Assembly (NCBI GenBank): GCA_030390025.1
Contig: JASTWF010000037.1
Coordinates: forward strand, 1,922,001-1,986,000
Length of the DNA: 64,000 bases
Source of the DNA: Squalus acanthias
Lineage: Eukaryota
Direction: 5' to 3'
In this document: positions 22,700 to 33,650 of the stretch, in pieces
Layout: each line of letters begins with the position of its first letter
Numbering within the stretch: the stretch's first letter is position 1
Notes under the pieces: model-generated
Database searches by the model: none
Seen by the model: only the letters and a program-made list of their open reading frames with translations
Told to the model about the DNA's origin: nothing
Made by a program: the position numbers and the translations under genes

Positions 22700-23100
22700 C
22701 GATGGGGGTAGAATCCGTCGAGCGTGGGCGGTGGGAGCGGGTTTCTGTTGGACCGCCAATCAGATGAGTTTGTTGGCTTTGGTGTCTCTGAACCCCCGAG
22801 GTTCGCAGCGCAGCGGGAGACCGTTCAGCCCATCAAATCTGTGCCAGCTCTCTCTCTCTCCGCTGGAACAATCCAAACCTGCGTCTCCGAGACTTCCAGT
22901 GCTGGGGTGGTAGTCATGTCCTCGACTCGCAGCGGCTGAGCGTTCCGCCTCACAATGGTCGGGCAGTTCCCGCTTCAATCCTGTCCTTTTTCGTTGGCAT
23001 TTCATCACGAAGACTACGCAAAAAGTGGCGGGAGGACTGTGCCAAGGCCCCGTTGCCATGGGAACAATCTGGCTTTGTTAGGCATTGTAGGCCGCACACC
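22700..23100. promoter_or_regulatory. CpG-rich unique segment with promoter-like motifs
   Basis: Many CpGs relative to the flanks; GC-box-like gggcggtgggagcggg, GCCAATC, E2F-like TGGCGGGA (23026-23033), RFX X-box-like GTTGCCATGGGAAC (23052-23065). Confidence 0.4.
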
Positions 23101-23130
23101 TGTCCAAAATGGTCAATCAGCCGTCACTGT

Positions 23131-23790
23131 CCAAAACTAATCCCACTGCCCCGCTCTCTCCCCATAGCCCTGTATCAATCCCAAACTAATTCCACTGCCC
23201 CGCACTCTCCCCATAGCCTTGTATCAATCCCAAACTAATCCCACTGCCCCGCTCTCTCCCCATAGCCCTGTATCAATCCCAAACTAATCCCACTGCCCCG
23301 CTCCCCCCCCCCATAGCCCTGTATCAATCCCAAACTAAACCCACTGCCCCGCTCTCTCCCCATAGCCCTGTATCGATCCCAAACTAAACCCACTGCCCCG
23401 CTCTCTCCCCATAGCCCTGTATCAATCCCCAAACTAATCCCACTGCCCCGCTCTCTCCCCATAGCCCTGTATCAATCCCAAACTAAACCCACTGCCCCGT
23501 TCCCCCCCCCAGAGCCCTGTATCAATCCCCAAACTAATCCCACTGCCCCGCTCTCTCCCCATTGCCCTGTATCAATCCCAAACTAATCCCACTGCCCCGC
23601 TCTCTCCCCATAGTCCTGTATCAATCCCAAACTCATCCCACTGCCCCGCTCTCTCCCCATAGCCCTGTATCAATCCCAAACTAATCCCACTGCCCCGCTC
23701 TCTCCCCATAGTCCTGTATCAATCCCAAACTCATCCCACTGCCCCGCTCTCTCCCCATAGTCCTGTATCAATCCCAAACTCATCCCACTG
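23131..23790. repeat. 49-bp minisatellite (about 13.5 units)
   Basis: Unit tcccaaactaatcccactgccccgctctctccccatagccctgtatcaa at 49-bp period. Confidence 0.95.
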
Positions 23791-23794
23791 TCAC

Positions 23795-24077
23795 ACCCTT
23801 GCCTCTGACTCAGAAGGTTGTGGATTTAAGTCCCACTCCAGAGACTCGAGCACAAAAATCTAGGCTGACGCTCCAGGGCAGTACTGAGGGAGCGCTGCCC
23901 TGTCGGAGGTGCCATCTTTCGGATGAGACGTTAAACCGAGGCCCCGTCTGCTCTCTCAGATAGACATAAAAGTTCCCACGGCCACTATTTCGTAGAAGAG
24001 CAGGGGAGTTATCCCCGGTGTCCTGGCAAATATTTATCCCTCAATCAACCTCACTAAAAACAGATGATCTGGTCATT
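23795..24077 (+). mobile_element. DeuSINE, 3'-truncated or interrupted
   Basis: ctgactcagaaggttgtggatttaagtccc head and Deu core. Ends at cagatgatctggtcatt, where a retro-insertion begins. Confidence 0.8.
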
Positions 24078-24261
24078 TTTTTTTTTGCCCGAGGGTCAGT
24101 TGCTAAGACGTTTTTTTTTTGAACATTTTATTTACAGTTAATGACATTACAGAGCTCAAGTTCAGCTCTTTGTACAAAGTCACAAGCCATCATTGCCTAC
24201 AAGGCAGGGAACTCAGTCTCTACAAGTTGGTGATGTGATCTCCAAGCTCCTTGATCGTCTT
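24078..24261 (-). mobile_element. 5'-truncated retro-insertion of the ferritin-tailed element
   Basis: 14-bp TSD ATGATCTGGTCATT (24064-24077 / 24262-24275). Body nearly identical to 1301-1441 ([13 protein letters not shown]). Two poly(A) runs separated by 24 nt. Confidence 0.85.
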
Positions 24262-24284
24262 ATGATCTGGTCATTAAGATTGTT

Positions 24285-24554
24285 AATATTTTATTCAAGT
24301 ACAATGGTACTTATACAACTCATCAAATACATAGTAAATCCATCACATTCATTGACCACAGTAAAATAATAAAGCCTTGAGAACAGCTTTATGGCTAACA
24401 ATATAAATGCAATGATAAATTTTACAAATAAATCAATAATGTTTACAATACAAATACCCTGAAATAGTTACTACTTTCAACCAAAGAAAAAACTAGCACT
24501 ATTTCAATAAACCAAGAAAAACCCATTTTACGCCAGTCCTACTGGCATCATTGG
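24285..24554 (-). mobile_element. 270-bp AT-rich retro-insertion (3'UTR-like, source unknown)
   Basis: 10-bp direct repeat TAAGATTGTT at 24275-24284 and 24555-24564; minus-strand AATAAA near the 24285 end. Confidence 0.6.
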
Positions 24555-24604
24555 TAAGATTGTTGGATGGAATTGATGTCATGAGGTTAGTCTCCTGGTT
24601 TCGT

Positions 24605-24660
24605 TTGGCCACACCTGGTCCAATTGGTTCCAGGTGACTACAGGCTGTGTGTATAAAAGG
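24605..24660 (+). promoter_or_regulatory. Type A ZP3 promoter of copy 3
   Basis: CACCTGG-T-CCAATTGG-TT-CCAGGTG dyad 24612-24636; TATAAAA 24652-24658. Confidence 0.7.
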
Positions 24661-24710
24661 GGAGCAGTGGCTCTAGCACAGGTCACAGTGGAGCTGCATT
24701 AGTTAGTATT

Positions 24711-27700
24711 ATGGGGCAACTGGTGAAGGGTTTGGTTCCTCTGTTGGTTTTGGTCGGAGCTGTTTGTTGCTCTGATACTCGGCAGCAGTTCAGACCCTGG
24801 GACTTCCCATGGAGCATCGAGAAGGCCACTCGTGTTCCTCCTGGGTCTCCCTTTGGCTCCGGTTTCAGTGTGTCTGAGGGGCACAGTGTGTCTCCACTGC
24901 AGACTGTGATGGTGCAGTGTGGAGAGCACAACCTGCTGGTCAGGGTACACATGGATTTATTTGGAACCAGGCACCTGATTAAAGCTGCTGACCTGACCCT
25001 GGGGACGGCAGGTTGTCGGCCAACCGGGATCTACTCTCAGAACCACACCGTCCTCTTTGACTATGGGCTCCATGAATGTGGCAGCACAGTGAAGGTGATG
25101 TGATTCCTCAACTCTTGCTCTAAGCTTGGTGTCTGGATTAGACCCAACTCTTTATTTCTACCCTTGGTGAAATGTCATTGATGTTGAGATTCCTGTCTCC
25201 TGCTTTTAAAACCTCCAAAGTGCTTTGGAATAATGCATTGTCCTTTGCTTTAACTGGTCTTCCCGAGTCTCTCCAACCTTGAGATCTCAGCCCTATTGGC
25301 CTTGAGCCTTCACTTGGGTCCCTCCAAGGTTTACTTTTTGTACATTCTCTCGTAGATTTTCATCTCACTGGGGAGTCGGTTTAATGGTTCAGTTATTTAC
25401 AATATTCAGTTTTATCTCCCACTCTTCCTGTATCAGAACACAGGGGAGCCTGGATTAAATGAGGCTTAAATCTGCTGTTCTATTCACTTATCCAACTTAT
25501 TAGCAACCTGTGGCTCCTTTTATTGAAGTGAAGCTGTCCTTTCATTGAGTCTTTTATTCTGTTTGATTGTCTTGTGCTTGCAATCCCCCTCCTTGCATTA
25601 GCTGCTGAGGCTGCACAACTTCCAACCACCTGAGTAGAATGTTGTCCATTTCTGAACCTGATGTCTTTCAGATGTCTGGAGATTTCCTGGTCTACGCCAC
25701 CCACCTGAACCACACCCCCAAGGCCCATGGATCTGTCATTGTGAGAACTAATGGAGCTGTCGTTCCCATTGAGTGCCACTATTTTAGGTGAGATTCTTTA
25801 CACTGTCGTGAATAATGTCTACAGCTGGTGCAGTTCTCTGACCTTGTCCTAAAATGGCTCCATTGTCTTTCCAGGAAGGGCAATGTGAGCAGTAACCCGA
25901 TCAAGCCCACCTGGATCCCGTTCAGCTCCACCAAGTCTGGAGAGGGGCTTCTGTCATTCTCTCTGCGTCTAATGACTGGTATGTGATGGGTGGATGGGGA
26001 GTGATTTCCTGTAGTCACCCACTGGGAGTTGTACCCAGTCTCCAACCCTTCTCCCTCTTGTACTTCAGATGACTGGCTCACAGAGCGCACCTCGACTGTC
26101 TACTACCTGGGCGACCTCATTCACATTGAGGCCTCTGTTTCAATGACCAACCACATGCCCCTGAAGCTCTACATTGACCGCTGTGTCGCTACCTTGAGCC
26201 CAGACAAGGACTCCACCCCGAGATACAGCATCATTGACTACAATGGGTAAGGAGAGCTCTGCTTTCTCCAGCTGGTCCTGTCTCAATGGCTTCACTTGAT
26301 TCACTCCATGTCCCTTCTCAATTATTTCTCCAGTTGCCTCCTGGACAGCAAAGCTGAGGACTCCTTCTCAACCTTCGTGTTGCCAAGAGACGAGCGTGAG
26401 CTGGACAAGCTCCACTTTGACCTGGATGCGTTCCGCTTCTTTGGAGATGATCGTTCCTTGGTAAGAGGAAGCCGACCATTGCAAAGTATTTACAGCAGAA
26501 ACCGGCCATTTGGCCCAACTAGTTTATGGTCCACACGAGCATCCTCACCCCCTCTACATCTAAACTATTAACATATCCTTGTATTCCTTTCTCCCTCATG
26601 TGTTTATCTCGCTTCCACTTAAACGCATCTATAGTATTCGCCTCAACCACTCCCTGTGGTAGTGAGTTCCACATTCTCGCCACTCTCGGTGAAGATGTTT
26701 CTCCTGAATTCCCGATTGGATTCATTAGTTATGACCTTTGTATTGATGGCCCCTCGTTCTAGTCTCTCCCACAAGTGGAAACCTCTACTCTATTAAACAC
26801 TTTCATCATCTTTAAGACCTCTTATCAGATCACCCCTCAGTCTTTTTTTTGAGACAAGAGCCCCCAGCCTGTTTAAACTTTCCTGATAGGTATAACCTCC
26901 TGGGTTTGCTATCATTCTATTAAAGCATTTGTGCCCTTTCTCCAGTGTCTCTATGTCCTTCTTGTATGGAGACCAGAACTGTTCACAATACGCAGTGTGA
27001 TCTAACCAGGGTTCGATACAAGTTTAACAGAACTTCTCTGCTTTTCCATTCTATCCCTTGAGAAATGAACCCTGTGCTTTCTTTTATTTATGGCCTTCTT
27101 AACCTGTGTCACTTCCTTTGGTGGTCTAGGTATCTGTACCCGAAGATCCCTCTGTTTCGCTACCCCTTTTGATTTTCCAAGGAGTATGTGGCCTCTTTAT
27201 GCTTCCCACCAAAATTTGACTTCACACTAGCCTATACTGGAAGTTCCTTTGCCAATTACAAGCCCATACTGCAGGTTTATTCATGTCTAGTTGTATTTTT
27301 GTTTATTAACTACACCCACTGCCCCCCAATTTGGTGTCACCTGCAAATTTTGAAATTGTACTTTGGATTCCAGAGTTTAAATTTTTTGTGTAAATGGTGA
27401 ACAACAGTGGCTCAGCACAGATTACTGGAACCCCACTTCCCACCATTTACCAATCTGAGTAACAACCTTTAACCCCCACTCACTGTTCTGATTTATAACC
27501 AGCTTGTGATCCATCCTGTTACTTGTCCACCCTGACACCACCTGGTCATTGAGTTCCCAAGTTGGCAGGGAGTCACTGAATAACAGCTTGTGTTGAATGT
27601 GTCCCTCAGATTTTCATCACCTGTCACCTGAAGGTTGCTGCAGTGGATCGGAGAGATTCCATGAGCAAAGCTTGTACTTTCCAGAAGATGCAGAATGTGT

Positions 27701-28306
27701 AAGTTCCCCCTCTCTCCCTCAGGGATGTGTATTGTGTGAAGTGATGCCCAACCTGATTGTGAAACTGATTCTCTTGTTTAGCTGGGCTCCATTGGAAGTA
27801 TCCAACAATGACGTTTGTGCCTGTTGTCATTTGGGCAACTGCGGTGCCACAAGGGAGTTTGGATTTGATTCCAGAGGAAGGAGGGATCTTGTACCTGAAG
27901 CTGGTAGGACATTGATCCTCTAGATGTTGGAGGTTGCCCTTTACCCTCTCTAACTGGAATGTTTGATACTGCAGGGAGTGATGCTGAATTGAAGTGGGAG
28001 GGTGAGGCCTCACTTGGACCCCTGGTCATTCTGGACACTGATGTGACAGACCTGGCAACTGAGTCCCTTCATGAGGTTGAGCAACGGATGCAGGAGAGGT
28101 CTCCAGGTGGTGAGTTGGCCGACTGCTAGTTTCCATTTCCCCCTCAGTATTTCCTTCACTCACTGTTGGTTTCTCATTGCTTTTTAGGTGTGGAGTCTGA
28201 GGTGATCCTGATGGTAGCCCTGACTGTGACAGCTGTCTCTCTGATCGCTGCTTCTTTGATCGCCTTGTTCCTGTACAGGAAACACAAGCAAACCCAGTGC
28301 AACTAG
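24711..28306 (+). CDS. ZP3: ZP3-like copy 3 (type A N-terminus), 457 aa
   Basis: Exons 24711-25094, 25672-25787, 25875-25978, 26069-26246, 26334-26460, 27610-27698, 27782-27903, 27975-28109, 28188-28306; GT-AG, in frame. Confidence 0.93.
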
Positions 28307-28916
28307 TTATTGAATGATCAATAAAGCAGTGACTACTTGTATCTTGTCTCATTGCTCATTTGTCACAATGTCTGACCCAGAGCCCACAGAACAATGAGAT
28401 GGGTTTTAATTGGACAATGTAGCTGGTGGTTATCCAGGCACAGAATTTGGATGGCTGGTGACTACAGCAACTGTACAGCCCTCATTGTGCAGCTCAATGA
28501 TCTCTGAATGGGCAGAGGGACTGGTGCATGCTGGTTGATGGGCTGGAGCATCTCATTGGCTACTTTGTTCTGGCAGCTTTCTCGAGTAGAGGCACCGACA
28601 CACTTTGAATGGTGCGATCCTCTCTCTGTTCCACTGGCTCCAGGAGCTTGCTTTTCATGTTGCTGTAGTTAGAGTTTACCTAACTTGCCCTGTGGTGTGA
28701 CTGGGTACCAATGGGAGCTGGCACTGTTCAGAGCCCTAATATACAGCTCAGTCATTGGCTGCTTCTTCCCCTGGGTGAAGGATAGGACCTCCCCTTTTCT
28801 GGGAACCAAATGATGGCAGAGATTAGAATATTGAACAAGTTTGCAGAGGGTTGGGTTTTGATGAAGTTGGTATCTTCTCTTGCTAAAGGAGAAGAACCTT
28901 CTAATTGGGAACTCTT

Positions 28917-29121
28917 AACCTCTCCTTGCCCAGCCCCACCTTGAACTGGGGAGGGGACCATCTCCTGCCCTGAGCTTTTACTAAACCTCTCCTTGCCCAG
29001 CCCCACCTTGAACTGGGGAGGTGACCATCTCCTGCCCTGAGCTTTTACTAAACCTCTCCTTGCCCAGCCCCACCTTGAACTGGGGAGGTGACCATCTCCT
29101 GCACTGAGCTTTTTATAAACC
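28917..29121. repeat. 67-bp post-ZP3 minisatellite (3 units)
   Basis: Same unit as 9105-9510. Confidence 0.9.
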
Positions 29122-31360
29122 TTCTGCTCCTGTCTCATTTGGAATGAGTTCACAGTGGGCTCTTTTTTTTTTTAAATGTAGCCTCCAGTGTCAGCAGTCC
29201 CTATTGGGTCTTCAGTGCTCCAAATGTGTTTCTCAACCTGGAACAGTAGCAAGAAGCTGAAGGGTGAGTTCCACAAGGAATCTTGTACAGACTAAAGAGA
29301 GCCCTGAATATAGTTTTCCACCCCGGCCCCAAGGTAGGAAGACACAGGTTTCGACTGAAAATGCAGTGAAACATGGGTTTCTTCTAACTTGAGCAGCAGG
29401 TTCACTGGGAGGGGAGCCTCAACGACCTAAGAAATAGGAGCAGGAGTAGGATAATTGGCCCTTCGAGCCAGCTCCGCCATTCAATAAGATCATAGCTGAT
29501 CTTCTACCTCATCTTCACTTGCCTGAACTATCCCCATATCCCTTAATTCCCTTAATATTCAAAGATCGATCGATCGATCTCTCCAATATATTCAACGATT
29601 GAGCCTCTACAGCCCTCTGGGCTAGAGAATTCCAAAGTTTCACCATCCTCAGAAGAAATTTCTCCTCCCCTCAGTCCTAAATGGCCGACCCCTTATCCTG
29701 AGCCTGTGACCCCTGGTTGTAGACCCCCCTGCCTGCTTTCCCCCCCCCCCCTGCCCCAGGGGCAACATCCTCCCTGTCAAGGCCTGTAAGCATTTTGTTT
29801 TTTTCAATGGGATCATATCTCATTCTTATACTCGCATATAGGCTTAGTCTACTCAATCTCTCCTCAGGACAATCCCCCCCATCCCAGGAACCAGTCTGAT
29901 GAACCTTTGTTGCACTCCCTCTATGGCAAGTACATCCCTACTTAGGTAAGGAGACTAAAACTACACAATACTCCAGGTGTGGTCTCACCAGGGCCCTATA
30001 TAAATGCAGTAAGACGTCTTTACTCTTATACTCAAATCCTCTTGTAATAAAGGCCAACATACCGTTTGCTTTCCTAATTGTTTGCTGTACCTGCATGTTA
30101 ACTTTCAGTGATTCGTGTACAAGGACACCCAGGTCCCTCTGAACACTGACATATCAAATCTCTCAGCATTTAAAAAATACTCTGCTTTTCTATTTTTCCT
30201 CCCAAAGTGGATAACTTCACATGAACAGGTGGGGGCAGTAGAGGTGGTAGAAACTCACGGCCAGGAGATGAATCGTGGAGGAGGGTTTAGTTTCTGCCGG
30301 TTTATGAAACTTTCCTCGATGCTGTTTTCCAGTTTTCCTACTGTCATTTTACTTTACAAGCCAAAAATAACTTCTCCAGGAAGGGATGGATACCTCTTAA
30401 AATCTGGAGGGGGGAGAAATCGACACAATTTTCCAGGTCTAGTAAATCAAACCCCGGTTCATTTTAGCCTGTGCTAAACCTTACTGCAATAAACCTACAC
30501 TAATGTCAAAAAGCAGAGCATTCTAGACACATGCAGGACAAAACTGGCTCCCTGTCCCTAATCCCAGGTGTAGGATGGTCTGAGCTGAGAGGCTGATGGA
30601 GCTACTCTTAAATAACTTCACTGCATTTATCCTGAGTGGGCCCAGTCTGAGGATTGCCATCTTTTATACTCTGGCTGCTCCTCACACTGCCCTGTGGATG
30701 TTGCTTGCTCTATTATGGGCTATCTCAATGGTTACTGCATTGTACTAAAGCAACTGCCCACCACAACCTCATCAACTCTAAGTTACAGACCATAACTGTC
30801 CCAGTAGTTTACATGATGTGTCAGCAGGTGTATCAATAAAACCCATCCCTGGGGACCTGCCCACGGGTCGGTGTAATGGTTTTCTAGGGTGGCACAGCGG
30901 GGGCACAGACGAGTTGGTGTAACCCCGTCAGCAGAGAATGGGGCCCATTGACCCAGAAAGAAGGAGCTCTCGGATTCCACCCCAGCTGTGCTGGATCTCA
31001 CTGGGAGATGTTTGATTCTGTCCTGGAAAATAAAGGGTAATTGCATATTAGTGATCAATATGTTGGAGGATTCACTAATACAAGTGCATTCATGAAGTGA
31101 GTGGGTGTAGATTTTATTCTCATTGAGGTGAGACACTTTAGTGCTAGAAAATGGGATACGTTCCAATTGGAGTGTACAGCAAAGGTCAGATACAGAGTAA
31201 AGCTCCCTCAACACTGTCCCATCAAACACTCCCAGGGCAGGTACAGCACGGATTAGATACAGAGTAAAGTTCCCTCAACACTGTCCCATCAAACACGCCC
31301 AGGGCAGGTACAGCACGGGTTAGATACAGAGTAAAGCTCCCTCTACACTGTCCCATCAAA

Positions 31361-31475
31361 GATAGCTCCGAAAGCTTGTGATTTCAAATAAAACTGTTGG
31401 ACTATAACCTGGTGTTGTGCGACCTCTCAATTTTGTCCACCCCAGTCCAACACCGGCATCTCCGCATCATGACCA
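31361..31475 (+). mobile_element. 115-bp retro-insertion, probable 3' end of a second Penelope family
   Basis: 8-bp TSD CCATCAAA (31353-31360 / 31476-31483). Begins with gctccGAAAgctt, resembling the 3' half of a hammerhead, followed by AATAAA. Confidence 0.55.
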
Positions 31476-32183
31476 CCATCAAACACTCCCAGGGCAGGTA
31501 CAACATGGGTTAGATACAGAGTAAAGCTCCCTCTACACTGTCCCATCAAACACTCCCAGAGCAAGTAAAGCACGGGTTAGATACAGAGTAAAGCTCCCTC
31601 CACACTGTCCCATCAAAAACTTCCAGGGCAGGTACAGCACAGGTTAAACAGAGTATAGCTCCCTCTACATTGTCAACATCAAGCACTCCCAGGAGAGGTA
31701 CAGCACGAGTGAGATGCAGAGTAAAGCTCCCTCGACACTGTCCCATCAAACACTCCCAGGGCAGGTACAGCACGGGTTAGATACAGAGTAAAGCTCCCTC
31801 TTCACTGTCCCATCAAACACTCCCAGGAGAGGTACAGCACGAGTTAGATACAGAGTAAAGCTCCCTCTACACTGTCCCATCAAACTCCCAGGGCAGATAC
31901 AGCACGGGTTAGATACAAAGTAAAGCTCACATCAAACTCCCAGGTCAGGTACAGCACGGGTTAGATACAGAGTAAAGCTCCCTCTACACTGTCCCATCAA
32001 ACACTCCCAGGGCAGGTAAAGCACGGATTAGATACAGAGTAATGCTCCCTCTACACTGTCCCATCAAACACTTCCAGGGCAGCTACAGCACGGGTTAAAC
32101 AGTGTATAGCTCCCTCTGTACTGTCCACATCAAACACTTCCAGGACAGATACAGCACGAGTTAGATACAGAGTAAAGATCCCT

Positions 32184-33650
32184 CCCTCACCTCTTTTTCC
32201 GGTACATTGATGACTGTATCGGTGCCGTCTCCTGCTCTCGCCCTGAACTAGAACATTTCATTCACTATGCTTCCAATTTCCACCCTTCCCTCACCTTCAC
32301 ATGGTCCATCTCCGACTCTTCCCTTCCCTTCCTCGACTTCTCCATCTCCATCTCTGGGGATAGGTTATTGACTAACATTCACTACAAGCCCACTGACTCC
32401 CACAGCTACCTGGACTACACTTCCTCCCACCCCGCCTCCTGTAAGGACTCTATTCCATTCTCCCAGTTTCTCCGTCTCCGCCGCATCTGCTCTGATGATG
32501 CCACCTTCCATACCAGTGCTTCCGACATGTCTTCCTTTTTCCTCAACTGAGGATTCCCCTCTACCGTGGTCGACACGGCCCTCGACCGTGTCCGTTCTAT
32601 CTCCCGCACTTCTGCCCTCACCCCTGCCCCTCCCTCCCGGAACCACGATAGGGTTCCCCTTGTCCTCACCTTTCACCCCACCAGCCTCCACATTCAACGG
32701 ATCATCCTCCGCCATTTCCGCCACCTCCAGCGTGATCCCACCACCAAACACATCTTCCCCTCACCTCCCCTTTCAGCATTCCGCAGGGACCACTCCCTCA
32801 GCGACACCCTAGTCCACTCCTCTACCACCCCCAGCACCCCTTCCCCTTCGCCCGGCACCTTCCCGTGCACGCGCAGGAGATGCAACACATGCCCTTACAC
32901 CTCCCCCCTTCCCACTGTCCAGGGCCCCAAACACCCCTTCCAGTTGAAACAGCGATTTACTTGTACTTCCTGCAATTTAGTATACTGTATTCGCTGCTCA
33001 CGATGTGGTCTCCTCTACATTGGGGAGACCAAATGCAGATTGGGTGACCGCTTTGCGGAACACCTCCGTTCAGTCCGTAAGGGGGACCCCGAGCTCCCGG
33101 TGGCCTGTCACTTTAATTCACCGCTTCACTCCCACTCTGACCTCACCGTCCTCGGCCTATTACACTGTTCCACGGAAGCGCAGCGTAAGCTCGAGGAACA
33201 GCACCTCATCTTTCGTTTAGGCACGCTACAGCCCTCTGGACTCAATATCGAGTTCAACAATTTTAGATCATAACCTCAGCTCCAATCACATTTATATTTT
33301 ATTTTTTCCACCCTTTTATTTGCCCCCCCGCACCTTTTTTTTCCTCCTAGAAGCTGGCAGCTGTCCTTCATTCTGCCAGTGGATTTCACACTTCTTTCAG
33401 CCTTAATCTGTCACATTAACACCACCTCTAGCCTTGCATATCTCTTAATGTCTCTTAATGTCTCTTCATCTCCCCCTTTGTTCTTTTATCCCCTCCCCCT
33501 TTTCCCAGCTTTACTCTGGCCTTAAATCTATTTGATTTCCGGCTCTTCACAGTTCTGACGAAAGGTCATCGACCTGAAACGTTAACTCTCTTTCTCTCTC
33601 CACAGATGCTGCCTGGCCTGCTGAGTTTTTCCAGCGTTTTCTGTTGTTAT
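32184..33650 (+). mobile_element. Penelope-like element (partial RT plus GIY-YIG endonuclease), 5'-truncated
   Basis: One frame 32185-33273: PHLFFRYIDDCI (RT), LPFLD, HYKPTDSHSYLDY, one premature TGA at 32548, then NLVYCIRCSRCGLLYIGETKCRLGDRFAEH (GIY-YIG) and QPSGLN. 11-bp TSD TAAAGATCCCT (32173-32183 / 33651-33661). Confidence 0.92.
33551..33587 (+). ncRNA. Minimal type I hammerhead ribozyme motif in the Penelope 3' region
   Basis: AGTT CTGACGA A AGGTC ATC GACCT GAAA CGTT AACT, identical to 694-730. Confidence 0.78.
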
